Made by a program: the position numbers and the translations under genes. Below, in pieces: positions 16,526 to 45,679 of a stretch of DNA of 64,000 bases. The stretch is from Eledone cirrhosa (lineage: Eukaryota): contig OZ024740.1 in NCBI GenBank assembly GCA_964016885.1, positions 135,160,001 through 135,224,000 of the forward strand. The letters run 5' to 3'. How positions within the stretch are numbered: position 1 is the first letter of the stretch; every line of letters begins with the position of its first letter. The notes below the pieces were generated by a model, which saw nothing but the letters and a program-made list of their open reading frames with translations, made no database searches and was not told the origin of the DNA.

Positions 16526-16947
16526 CCTTGTCTGGCTTTCTGGAGAATAGAGGAAAGGTGTTTCCTCAAAAACCAGTATGACTCTAAAAACCGGTTTGTC
16601 TGTGTGTTTACATACAGAATAGCTGGCCACTCACAGTAAAGTGACCAGTGAAAAAACTTGGTACATCTACATATGTATACGTGTGTGTATTCATATACAT
16701 ACTAGTATTTCAGTATACATATATGGATGTACATCTTTGACTTAATTGTTTAAGCGTCAGTCATACAAAAGTGAGTTACAAACGAAACGAAATTTAATTT
16801 CGTTTCGTTATTTGTTTTTATCGTCTCCGTTGAACCGGTACTTACTCACACTCTATGCAAATTAGTCTGCCCACTACTAATTTTCATAGGAAAAGCATAT
16901 AACGATATGTGCTTTTACGATTCTCTAGAGAGGCCGGAAGATAGGTA

Positions 16948-16992
16948 AATATTGCTGATGAGTTGTAACAACAACGAAACTAGTTCAATATT
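16948..16992 (+). ncRNA. Type I minimal hammerhead ribozyme
   Basis: Identical motif. Confidence 0.9.
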
Positions 16993-17483
16993 CCTTGTCT
17001 GGCTTTCTGGAGAATAGAGGAAAGGTGTTTCCTCAAAAACCAGTATGGCTCTAAAAACCGGTTTGTCTGTGTGTTTACATACAGAATAGCTGGCCACTCA
17101 CAGTAAAGTGACCAGTGAAAAAACTTGGTACATCTACATATGTATACGTGTGTGTATTCATATACATACTAGTATTTCAGTATACATATATGGATGTACA
17201 TCTTTGACTTAATTGTTTAAGCGTCAGTCATACAAAAGTGAGTTACAAACGAAACGAAATTTAATTTCGTTTCGTTATTTGTTTTTATGTATATATATAT
17301 ATGTATATATGTATATATATATGTATATATATATATGTATATATGTATGTATATATATATATGTATATATGTATGTATATATATATATGTATATATGTAT
17401 ATATGTATGTATATATATATATGTATATATATATGTATATATGTATATATATATATGTATATATGTATGTATATATATATATG

Positions 17484-17533
<50 letters not shown>

Positions 17534-17821
17534 TATGTATATATGTATGTATATATATATATGTATATATGTATGTATATATATATATGTATATATGTAT
17601 GTATATATGTATGTATATATATATATGTATATATGTATGTATATATATATATGTATATATGTATGTATATATATATATGTATGTATATATATATATGTAT
17701 GTATATATATATATGTATATATGTATGTATATATATATATGTATATATGTATGTATATGTATATATGTATGTATATATATATATGTATATATGTATGTAT
17801 GTATATATGTATATATATATA

Positions 17822-18403
17822 TAACATGTATCCCAGTACAACCTGTCTCATGGTCGGGTCGTTGGCGACTAAAATGGCAACCCACCAAGGTTTCTTGGTG
17901 AGGAGGGTGACTTTGGACATCCTGCAGGACTAAAAACAAAACCTGTCAAAGGGCAAAGGAGCTCTTAAGAGTCAATGGCCATCCAAAATCACTGGGAGAG
18001 ATGACCCCTTAGCCTTTGTCAAGGCAGAATTCTAGGAGAAGGAAAACTCTGATATAACACCTGCAACCCTGATGGTATCCAATGATGTTGACTTGTTCTT
18101 CTTTTTGGTAAATATCATCTTGGTTAAGAGAGTGGGACTGGCTTTGTGCAGTGCCTTTGCTCACTATAAAAGCTTCACGGCACAGGCATTGCTTTATATC
18201 TGGAGATCTCTCTGCTCTTGTCGTCACATGGTACCAAAGGCAATGCACTATGTGTCAATAATTGTCACAATTGTAGTGTTTGTACCAGAGTTTTCAAGTC
18301 GCTGGCTGGACTAAAAAGTCACACTCGTTCAGCGCATCGGTAGGGGTTCTCCTACATGGATATAAAGTAGTGGCCGTACTCGAAAACGAGTTGGCAGCCA
18401 CCA
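17822..18403 (+). mobile_element. ~580-bp SINE-like non-autonomous element, copy 2 (colinear)
   Basis: Homologous to 3428-4017 and 41323-41716, with the same right end. TA repeats on both sides. Confidence 0.75.
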
Positions 18404-18559
18404 TGTATATATGTATGTATGTATATATATATATGTATGTATGTATATATATATATATATGTATGTATATATATATATATATGTATGTATATATATATAT
18501 GTATATGTATGTATATATATATATATATGTATGTATATATATATATATATATGTATGTG

Positions 18560-18596
<37 letters not shown>

Positions 18597-18817
18597 GTAT
18601 ATGTATGTATATATATATATATATATGTATATGTATGTATATATATATATATATATGTATGTATATATATATATGTATATCTATGTATATATATGTATAT
18701 GTATGTATATATATATATGTATATGTATGTATATATATATATGTATATGTATGTATATGTATGTATATGTATGTATATGTATGTATATATATATATGTAT
18801 ATGTATGTATATATATG

Positions 18818-18920
<103 letters not shown>

Positions 18921-18945
18921 GTATGTATATATATATATATGTATG

Positions 18946-18985
<40 letters not shown>

Positions 18986-18989
18986 TATG

Positions 18990-19036
<47 letters not shown>

Positions 19037-19037
<1 letters not shown>

Positions 19038-19578
19038 ACTTTGAATTGAATAACTTTGAAATGTTTTGGCCAGTATTGGCCCAGGCCATGTCTAACTTAA
19101 TAGCACCACCTGGCGAAGTCTTTCAATTCAGGATTTGGGCACCATGGCCCATTCGAGAAGAGAATTACTGTTTGCGGGGACATATCCGGGTGTGGGTGGT
19201 TTGTCCGGGATTACTTGGAGGAATTTGTCCAAAGACTTCTTGAATTTTGTGTGGTCAGTTTCTGTTTTGACGTGTCCTGGTGTGATGTTGAGGAGAGCAG
19301 GGCCGATTGAGGTGAAATAATTGTGCCATATTGTTGTTATGAGTTGCGATTTAGATTTTTGAATGGGACGGATAGCACGGGGCCCAAGCCTTGGGATATC
19401 TTGAAGGTGATGCCAACATCATTTGGGCAGTGATGATGTAACATTTTCCACATCATGCAGATAATATAACGCTCACGGCGACGTTGGAGTGAGTAAAGTT
19501 TCAGGTTTTCTAGTCGACCCCAGTAGTCAAGATCTCACATGCCATCTATCTTTTTCGTGATTGCCCTTTGAGGAGCTT

Positions 19579-19581
<3 letters not shown>
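19037..19581 (-). mobile_element. CR1-type LINE 3' fragment
   Basis: Minus-strand translation [39 protein letters not shown] resembles the CR1 ORF2 C-terminus. Short TTCAAAGTTA tandem tail. Confidence 0.7.
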
Positions 19582-24587
<5,006 letters not shown>

Positions 24588-25689
24588 ATCATCATCATTA
24601 TCATTTTACGTCCGCTTTTCCCTGCTTGCAAGGTTGGGACGGGTCTTATTCAGCACATCATCTCTCCACTCGTCACTGTCCCTCGTCATCTCCACGTGTG
24701 CTTCAATGATCTGAGGTCTGTTCTCACCACCTCCGCCCATGTTTTTCGTGGTCTACCTCTACCACGTCTTCCTTCAACTGGCAATTCCTGGCACTTCTTC
24801 ACCCATCGGTCATCCTCCATGTGCATCACATGTCCATACGACCTCAGTCTCATCTCCCGTACACTACATTATATCCCTCTCATACACAGTTTCTCTCTCA
24901 ACCCATTTATGCTGGGTCGTTCACACACATTTACACTGCACATCCAACGGAGCACACTTGCCTCATTTCTCTCCAGCCGTCGCATATCCTCTGCAGTTGC
25001 TGCCCATGTCTCACTACCATGCAGCATCGCGCTCCTCACACAGGCGTCATACAACCGGCCTTTCGTACGCAGGGAGAAACCTTTCTTCGTCAACAGAGGA
25101 AGCAGCTCCCTAAACTTCTTCCAACCCGTCCTTATTCTACATACTATGGCCTCGGAACACCCTCCTCCCATGCTAATCTGATCCCCTAGGTACCGGAAGC
25201 TATCCACCACTTCTATAGCACCCTCTTGCATTTGAAAAATGTGTCTATCAGTGCGACTTCTACTGTCTAATTTCCCTGTACATCTACTGCATACATATTT
25301 CTCCCTACCTGTTAGATTGCCTGCTATCCCGCTACATCTCTTGTGTACCTAGGATCTGCATTGTGTGCATTTTATAGAATTTATGCCAGTTCCTTTTCTG
25401 CATATCAAACATGGCCATTTCCCTGACGGAATCAGGGTTTTGTCCTCTTTTCTACTCATCAACACTTTTGTCTTAGCTAGATTCACTCTCAGTCTTCTTG
25501 CTTCCAACTGCTGTTTCCATAGCCAGAATTTATTCTCTAGCTCCTCTACTGATTCTGCTATAAGAACCAGATCGTCAGAGTAGAGAAGTTCCCATGGACA
25601 GCCAGTCTTAAACTCCTCTGTTATGGCTTGGAGGACTATAATGAACAAGAGTGGGCTGAGGACCGAACCCTGATGTACTCCTACTTGCA
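24588..25689 (-). mobile_element. RTE-clade LINE, second subfamily, 3' fragment (decayed)
   Basis: [22 protein letters not shown]-like CLIC..CTQC, FRYLG and LHGSETW, with stops. Ends GCGGACGTAAAATGATAATGATGATG. Confidence 0.9.
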
Positions 25690-25702
25690 TACATATATAT
25701 AC

Positions 25703-25783
<81 letters not shown>

Positions 25784-25784
25784 G

Positions 25785-25821
<37 letters not shown>

Positions 25822-25845
25822 TGTATATAAATATATATATATATT

Positions 25846-26291
25846 TATGATAAAGAACACGAGCGTCTACAACATCAAAAGATTTTTATTGGCTTACAAT
25901 GTTTCTTCCTTACGTAACCGTAGGATTCGTCAGAGCTATAAAAGGGTTTGATTGGTGTTATGGACTCTACCCTACCAAACATTCAAGAACAAAGAGTAAA
26001 GAGAGAAAGTAGGGGACGATAAGTCTAATTTTTGGTGTGGGAGGGTGGGGCGTGGGTCCTTGTTTACTAGCTGCGGTCATATTCATTCCCGGGAGTCGAG
26101 TGGTTAGCTGAACCATAGATGGGGTGGCGTCGATAGTATGGTGCAGAGGGTGTGCAGAAGCTACACAAACACAAAGAGCATACAATATATATATATATAA
26201 CGGAGGAGAAAGTACATGAGGTAATTAGAAATGGAAAAAGAGTAATAATAATAATCTATAATTAATAATGTATAATAAGGCATGGGGAAGA
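25846..26291 (-). mobile_element. Probable Penelope-like pLTR fragment with degenerate hammerhead (25892-25936)
   Basis: Minus strand reads GCT-CTGACGA-A-TCCTACG(GTTA)CGTAAGGA-A-GAAA-CATTG-TA-AGC. Confidence 0.5.
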
Positions 26292-26491
26292 NNNNNNNNN
26301 NNNNNNNNNNNNNNNNNNNNNNNNNNNNNNNNNNNNNNNNNNNNNNNNNNNNNNNNNNNNNNNNNNNNNNNNNNNNNNNNNNNNNNNNNNNNNNNNNNNN
26401 NNNNNNNNNNNNNNNNNNNNNNNNNNNNNNNNNNNNNNNNNNNNNNNNNNNNNNNNNNNNNNNNNNNNNNNNNNNNNNNNNNNNNNNNNNN
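26292..26491. other. Assembly gap (200 N)
   Basis: Run of N. Confidence 0.99.
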
Positions 26492-26558
26492 ACGTATATA
26501 TATGTATATATATATATATATATGTATATATATGTATATATATGTATATATATATATG

Positions 26559-26630
<72 letters not shown>

Positions 26631-26689
26631 GATGTATATATATATATAGATGTATATATATAATATGTATATATATATATATGTATATG

Positions 26690-26738
<49 letters not shown>

Positions 26739-26743
26739 GTATA

Positions 26744-26792
<49 letters not shown>

Positions 26793-26867
26793 GTATATGT
26801 ATATATATGTATATATATATATATGTATATGTATATATATGTATATATATATATATGTATATGTATA

Positions 26868-26918
<51 letters not shown>

Positions 26919-26929
26919 GTATATGTATA

Positions 26930-26998
<69 letters not shown>

Positions 26999-27003
26999 GT
27001 ATA

Positions 27004-27070
<67 letters not shown>

Positions 27071-27072
27071 GT

Positions 27073-27481
27073 ATACTCTTTTACTCTTTTACCTGTTTCA
27101 TCCATCCGGCTGAGGCCATGCTGGGGCACCGCCCTTGTTGCTACACATTTTATCTCCAGCCTGTATAGGTTGGCCACTGGTGTAGGAGGGAGTTTGTTGC
27201 TGCTGCCCTTAGGTTTCCCTTGTGTCTTGCTGTGGGCTCATCCGGGCTCCTGGATAACAAGGTGTCGAGATGTTTCTTAAAGACATCCACCTCCACGTCA
27301 TGCAAGTCCCGCAGATGCCTCGGCAGCCTGTTGAAGAGTTGAGGGCCCTTGAATCCCAGGCTATTGCAATACCTGCTCCTTATTCTAGATGTGGAAGACG
27401 GGACCTTTGGCACCACACAGTGACGTCCTGTTCGACGGTTGGTCCAGCTCCCAATGCCAAAGTTTGGTGCTAGTCCCTCCA
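27073..27481 (-). mobile_element. CR1-type LINE 3' end fragment
   Basis: Near-identical to 28583-28996; (TAAAAGAG)n tail on the minus strand. Confidence 0.85.
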
Positions 27482-27519
27482 GTATATGTATATATATGTA
27501 TATATATATGTATATCTAC

Positions 27520-27615
<96 letters not shown>

Positions 27616-27620
27616 GTATA

Positions 27621-27693
<73 letters not shown>

Positions 27694-27762
27694 GTATATA
27701 TATGTATATATATATGTATATATATATGTATATATATATATGTATATATATGTATATATATG

Positions 27763-27795
<33 letters not shown>

Positions 27796-27823
27796 GTATA
27801 TATGTATATATATATATATATGT

Positions 27824-27869
<46 letters not shown>

Positions 27870-27898
27870 GTATATATATATATATATGTATATATATG

Positions 27899-27934
<36 letters not shown>

Positions 27935-27988
27935 TACGTATATATATGTATATATATATATATATATGTATATATATGTATATATATG

Positions 27989-28080
<92 letters not shown>

Positions 28081-28084
28081 GATG

Positions 28085-28169
<85 letters not shown>

Positions 28170-28174
28170 GTATA

Positions 28175-28219
<45 letters not shown>

Positions 28220-28314
28220 GTATGTATATGTATATATATGTATATATATATATATGTATATATATATGTATGTATATGTATATATATGTATATATATATA
28301 TATGTATATGTATA

Positions 28315-28369
<55 letters not shown>

Positions 28370-28402
28370 GTATATGTATATATATATATATGTATATGTA
28401 TA

Positions 28403-28471
<69 letters not shown>

Positions 28472-28510
28472 GTATATATATATGTATATATATGTATATA
28501 TATATGTATA

Positions 28511-28577
<67 letters not shown>

Positions 28578-28582
28578 GTATA

Positions 28583-30198
28583 CTCTTTTACTCTTTTACT
28601 CTTTTACCTGTTTCATCCATCCGGCTGAGGCCATGCTGGGGCACCGCCCTTGTTGCTACACATTTTATCTCCAGCCTGTATAGGTTGGCCACTGGTGTAG
28701 GAGGGAGTTTTGTTGCTGCTGCCCTTAGGTTTCCCTTGTGTCTTGCTGTGGGCTCATCCGGGATCCTGGATAACAAGGTGTCGAGATGTTTCTTAAAGAC
28801 ATCCACCTCCACGTCATGCAAGTCCCGCAGATGCCTCGGCAGCCTGTTGAAGAGTTGAGGGCCCTTGAATCCCAGGCTATTGCAATACCTGCTCCTTATT
28901 CTAGATGTGGAAGACGGGACCTTTGGCACCACACAGTGACGTCCTGTTCGACGGTTGGTCCAGCTCCCAATGCCAAAGTTTGGTGCTAGTCCCTCCTAGG
29001 ATTTTCCACATGTAGATCACTGCGTATCTCTCCCGTCTTCGCTCAAGGAGTAGAGGTTCAGTTCCTTCAGCCTCTCCCAGTAGCTTGTCTCCCTCATCTT
29101 GGCAATCCTCTTGGTGTAGCTTCGCTGGATTGCCTCAAGCTCTGTGGTTAGTTTGACACTATGGGGTGACCACAGCTGGGAGCAGTAGTCCAGGCGGCTT
29201 AGGACAAAAGTCCTCCACAGTGTCAACATGGTGTCTCGATCTCTTGTAAGGAAAGTCCTCAAGATCCAGCCAGCGAATCGTCTACATGCTGTCGCCACCT
29301 TCATGATGTGTGAAGAAAAAGATGCATCATCGCTCATGTCTATGCCCAGGTCTCGTATCGATTTTGACACGGGGATATCGGTCCCTCCTGGTCCTGTGTA
29401 GCTGTGTTCCGCTATATTTGTGTTTGTGTTTGCAGGTTTGTATTGTAGGGCTTGGAATTTGCCAGCATTAAACTGCATGTTGTTTTCTTCCGCCCATCTG
29501 TATATGGCATCCAGATCCTGCTGTAAGAGGGCAGCGTCAGCCGGGTTTTTGATTGCCTGTGCTACCTTAGTGTCATCAGCATAGCTAGTGAGGGATGTTG
29601 TTGCATGCACCACAGAGGGCATGTCCGAGAGAGCCACCAAAAACAGTAGTGGTCCCAGGACTGTCCCCTGAGGCACCCCACTTGTTATCGGTGTTTCCCT
29701 CGAGAGGGCCCCATTTGCTGCGACTGCCTGGCTTCTGTCCCTCAGGAAGCCATGCAGCCACTCACCTACTTTTCCAGTTATGCCGAGGTCCGTGTAGTTT
29801 GTGACATATCATTCCGTGGTCGACCTTGTCAAAGGCCTTCGCAAAGTCAAGATATATCAAGTCTACATGTGAGCTGTCTAGTAGCTGTCTCAGTACCCAG
29901 TCGTAGTGATGTAGCAGCTGTGTAAGGCAGCTTCTTCCTGGGCGGAAGCCATGTTGCGTGCTAGTCAGGCGGTCATTTTCTTCGAGGAAAGTGATTAGTT
30001 TCTTTCTGACGACTCGCTCCATGACCTTACTGATATGCGACGTCAGGGAGACTGGCCTATAGTTCTTGGCCTCCGCTCTACTACCTCCTTTATGGATAGG
30101 GCATATTGTGCCTTCTTTCAGCTCCCTGGGTAGTACACCGCTAGCCAAGGAGCTTCTGAAGAGCATCTTCAGTGGAGTTGCTAAGGCCCGCTTACATA
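28583..30198 (-). mobile_element. 5'-truncated CR1-type LINE (frameshifted RT)
   Basis: [61 protein letters not shown] and LEAIQR; GAAACAGG(TAAAAGAG)n tail. Confidence 0.92.
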
Positions 30199-30223
30199 TT
30201 TTTTTTTTTTTTTTTTTTTTTTT

Positions 30224-40819
<10,596 letters not shown>

Positions 40820-41286
40820 ATCTATCTAACAATCTAAGGCGGCTAAAATTCCCGAGATCCATGGACTAGTTCTCTCCAGCGGTCTCTGTCCCTCATTATC
40901 ACTGCCATGTCCTGCATCTCCAACAGACCAGTGTCTGTCCTTAGGGCATCAACATACGTTAACCTTGGTCTTCCTCTTCTAGTGTGTCCATGTAGGGGCT
41001 CCCAAAGGAAGTCGGACCTTCGTAGAGACCTGAAAATCCGCCTCTTCATTGCTGTAGTGGAGTCTGTGCTGCTGTATGGGTCTGAGACTTGGACACTGAC
41101 CAAGAAACTCACGCAGATGGTGGATGGGTGCTACACGAGAATGCTGAGGATGGCTCTGAACATTAATCAGTATACACTGAGGATGAAAAACTCAGAGCTG
41201 TATGGGAGCATCCCAAAAGTCAGCTCAAAAGTGACACAGATGAGACTGAGGTTGGCTGGACATGCTCACCGACATCCAGTGTTGAC
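40820..41286 (-). mobile_element. RTE/RTEX-like LINE 3' fragment with inverted 5' segment
   Basis: Minus 40843-41008 encodes WEPLHGHTRRGRPRLTYVDAL...DRDRW. Plus 41008-41286 encodes the immediately upstream part, KIRLFIAVVESVLLYGSETW...RLRLAGH. Confidence 0.85.
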
Positions 41287-41322
41287 ATATATGTACATAT
41301 ATATATATACATATATATATAT

Positions 41323-41715
41323 CTCCGGGAGAGATGACCCCTTAGCCTTTGTTAGGGCAGAATTCTAGGAGAAGGAAAACTCTGATGGAATCCAATGATG
41401 TTGACTTGTTCTTCTTTTTGGTAAATATCATCTTGGTTAAGAGAGTGGGACTGGCTTTGTACAGTGCCTTTGCTCACTATAAAAGCTTCACGGCACAGGC
41501 ATTGCTTTATATCTGGAGATCTCTCTGCACTTGTTGTCACATGGTACCATGGACCCAGCACTATGTGACAATAATTGTCACAGGTGTAGTGTTTGTACCA
41601 GAGTTTTCAAGTCGCTGGCTGGATTAAAAAGTCACACTCGTTCAGTGCATCGATAGGGGTTCTCCTACATGGATATAAAGTAGTGGCCGTACTCGAAAAC
41701 GAGTTGGCAGCCACC

Positions 41716-41716
<1 letters not shown>
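41323..41716 (+). mobile_element. ~580-bp SINE-like element, copy 3 (5'-truncated)
   Basis: Homologous to 17990-18403 with the same 3' end and a ~20-bp internal deletion. Confidence 0.75.
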
Positions 41717-41768
<52 letters not shown>

Positions 41769-41842
41769 TATGTATATATATGTATATATATATTTATGTG
41801 TATATATATATGTATATATATTTATGTATATATATATTTATG

Positions 41843-41873
<31 letters not shown>

Positions 41874-42129
41874 GTATATATATTTATGTATATATATATA
41901 TATATGTATATATATGTATATATATGTATGTATATGTATATATATGTATGTGTATGTATATGTATATATATGTATGTGTATGTATATGTATATATATGTA
42001 TATATGGATATATATGTATATATGTATATATATATTTATGTATATATGTATATATATATTTATGTATATATGTATATATATATTTATGTATATATGTATA
42101 TATATATATATATGTATATATATATGTAT

Positions 42130-42484
42130 CTCTAACAAAATACACCCCCGTCCCACCACCCCCACCCCATCCATACCGCCCCCTTCAATGCAAAGTTATG
42201 TTGGTGCCACAACATCCAGGCCGAAACAAACGAGATCGTGTAGGTGTCACGACAAAAAACACACAGTCCACGCTGTAATGTGGCCGTGTAGGCAACACGG
42301 TAAAAACCTCCCAGTCCCACACTGTAAATGTGGTTGGTGTTAGGAAGGGCATCCAGCTGTAGAAAACCCGCCAGACAGTCCTATGCGAGCAAGACAACCA
42401 CTCTTGTCTCAAGTGGGAAAACCCCCGTCCAAACCCATGCAAGCGTGGAACAGGGACGTTAAACGATGATGATGATGATGATGA
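42130..42484 (+). mobile_element. RTE 3'UTR fragment with (ATG)n tail
   Basis: Reverse-complement homolog of 1166-1520. Confidence 0.9.
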
Positions 42485-42488
42485 TATG

Positions 42489-42565
<77 letters not shown>

Positions 42566-42632
42566 GTATGTATATATATATTTATGTGTATACATATATT
42601 TATGTATATATGTATATATATATATATATATA

Positions 42633-43675
42633 TCCCAAATTAAGTTAAATTAAGGGTGTCATGTCAGATAGACATGCGCCATATCACCCGTAAAATATGC
42701 TCCAAGATTCTAATGAATAGATCCAAGCATTTTATATCAACTAGAAATTGATTGACATATAAATATATCTAAAATAAACATATGAAACAATCACGGGATA
42801 ATTTGTAAAAGTGTGTAAGCACACATAGCTAGGTAGGTAACTAAATAAAGTTTAACTAGAACTTCAAAAATAGATACCTTATAAATTGATTAATCTTCCT
42901 TGTATATATTCCATTAAAGAAATATATTTCACCAATTAATCGATTGGTAAACGACAGTAGCCAGATCCTGGAATATATACAAGGAAGATTAATCAATTTA
43001 TGAGGTATCTATTTTTGCAGTTCTAGTTAAACTTTATTTAGTTACCTACCTAGCTATGTGTGCTTACACACTTGTAAAAATTATCCACTGTGATTGTTTT
43101 ATATGTCAATCAATTTCTAGTTGATATAAAATGCTCGGATCTATTCATTAGAATCTTGGAGCATATTTTACGGGTGATATGGCGCATGTCTATCTGACAT
43201 GACACGCTTAATTTAACTTAATTTGGGATATATATAAATATATATTTAATTGTAGAGCTAACTCAGTTGAAAGGACTTGACTGTTATTTCTAGTTGTCGA
43301 TAACCCTATTCACGCCACTGGGATGAGGCTGGTACAATGTGTGTATTTTTAGTAAATACAGCACGTGTTACTGGCCAGTCGCTGATTTGAATTTGATGCG
43401 TAAACACAGATGGTTGGACCTCTTCCTAGTTGAAAATCCAGGATCTGGCTACTGTCGTTTACCAATCGATTAATTGGTGAAATATATTTCTTTAATGGAA
43501 TATATACAAGGAAGATTAATAAATTTATAAGGTATCTATTTTTGAAGTTCTAGTTAAACTTTATTTAGTTACCTACCTAGCTATGTGTGCTTACACACTT
43601 TTACAAATTATCCCCTGTGATTGTTTCATATGTTTATTTTAGATATATTTATATGTCAATCAATTTCTAGTTGAT
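42633..43675. repeat. ~572-bp-unit family, locus A (forward partial, then inverted >1 unit)
   Basis: Homologous to 55401-56598; the orientation switches at ~42970. Confidence 0.8.
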
Positions 43676-43744
43676 GTATATATGTATATATATATATATA
43701 TATAGGAGGAGGTTATAGTTCACTTGAAGCATTGTGTAATGAGG

Positions 43745-44133
43745 TATAAACGTTTGATTATGTGTAATAAAGCCAAAACAATGCAGGTATGGACATAGAA
43801 AAGAGAATGCAATTGTAAAAGATATTGTTGACAATTCGTCCTTTTTCCTTAGATTTATTTAAATGTCCTTAAATTTCGAGATAATATCTCTTCTTCAGAG
43901 GGAAATAAAGGTCTCAAACCAGCGTTCTAAATATCTTGCCAAGCCAAGATATTTAGAACGCTGGTTTGAGACCTTTATTTCCCTCTGAAGAAGAGATATT
44001 ATCCTGAAAATTAAGGACATTTAAATAAATCTAAGGTAAAGGACGAATTGTCAACAATATCTTTTACAATTGCATTCTTTTTTCTATGTCCATACCTGCA
44101 TTGTTTTGGCTTTATTACACATATTCAAACGTT

Positions 44134-44137
<4 letters not shown>
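43745..44137. repeat. ~195-bp-arm palindrome containing degenerate hammerhead cores (Penelope pLTR-like)
   Basis: Centre at ~43941. Minus 43867-43902 reads CCCT-CTGAAGA-A-GAGATA(T)TATCTC-GAAA-TTTA-AGG, with a mirror copy at 43981-44016. Confidence 0.85.
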
Positions 44138-44173
<36 letters not shown>

Positions 44174-45082
44174 CATACACACGCACACACACACACACAC
44201 ACACATAATATCTATATGCATGTATGTATAAATGTGTATATAGGTCTATTTGTATATGTGTGTTTGTGTATTACCAATATTTACTGATAACTATATCTAT
44301 GTGAATCTATCAGCAATAAATATAATTATATCTACACCATGGTGTTATACAGATATCAAAGTCGATACTAGCAATCCACAGTGGATATAAAACTAAGAGT
44401 TACTAGTATTCACTTGAATAACTACATGAAACCATCATGTGGATTTGTTTTTATAGTTATACACACAAACACAAGCATAACAGACTCAATAGCTCTCATC
44501 CTTAATAGTTATCCTCACCATCACCACATCTCTTTTAAAATCTTGACACAGCAGTCAGTATTCCTTACCACCACACTATCTTGGCGATCACCCTGTCAAA
44601 TCTCATCACACTTGTCATAGCATGGAAGATGGACATTAAACAATGATGATGATAATGATATCTTCCTTCTCCTCCTCACTTACATAGGTTATCAAGGGCT
44701 CGTCAGTTGTGTCAATGACCAAAAAACCTCTCTAGTGCTGGTGCCATGAAAAATACACACTGTAAACTGGTTAGTGATAGGAAAAGCATTCTGCTGTAGA
44801 AACCATGCCAAAATGGATTGAGCGGACTCTTCAGTTGTATCAACTTCCCTGGTGTTGGTGGTAAAAAGGGCATCCAGACATAGACAACCTGCCAAACAAA
44901 GAGTTGGGAGGACTCTTCAGTTGTGTCAAAAACCTCAAAACATACCTAGTGCTGGTGCGTTGATAAAATGCATACAGTAGAGCATGGGAATGTATGAGAG
45001 GAGTCAGTAGCTCTGAGTATTGACTTGTTTTGTGATGAACCATCCAACGCTTGCTAGTAAGGAAAGTGGACTTTAAATTATG

Positions 45083-45140
<58 letters not shown>

Positions 45141-45386
45141 TGTATGTGTGTGTGTATATATATATATATATGTATATATAGATATATATAGATATATAAA
45201 TAAATATACACGGGTGTGTATGATTGTGTATAGAAGATTATATTAATAAAAGGAATTCCAACTGTGTCTGATTTACTGTATATATATATATGTGTGTATA
45301 TATATAATGTATATATGTATGTGTATATATATATATATATATATATTATGTATATATATATATATGATTGTGTATATATATATATG

Positions 45387-45417
<31 letters not shown>

Positions 45418-45474
45418 GTATATATATATATGTATGTATATATATATGTATTTATATATATATGTATGTGTATA

Positions 45475-45507
<33 letters not shown>

Positions 45508-45679
45508 CATCATATAAACACTTGCAACACTACAATAATGTTAACATAACAATAATCTCACACCTCTCAGAAATGAATTGGCTTTGTTCCTTTTGTTATT
45601 CAAGAACTGTGTCTGTCACCATTTGTGATGTTTGTTTCTGTATCAGCTGTCAAATCACAATCTTTATTAATAGAGATGC

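Larger units (their letters stand above)
15887..17288 (+). mobile_element. 467-bp tandem array, right arm (3 monomers, opposite orientation), putative non-LTR retrozyme
   Basis: Reverse complement of the left-arm unit with period 467. The hammerhead is on the plus strand. Confidence 0.85.

Noticed and set aside
13921-17097. Repeated 60-aa ORF MASYSVCKH...
   Set aside because: It has a GTG start, lies antisense to the hammerhead, has no recognisable motif, and recurs only because the unit repeats.
13799-17288. CRISPR array or rDNA/snRNA gene cluster
   Set aside because: There are no variable spacers and no recognisable 5S, tRNA or snRNA sequence; the context is eukaryotic.
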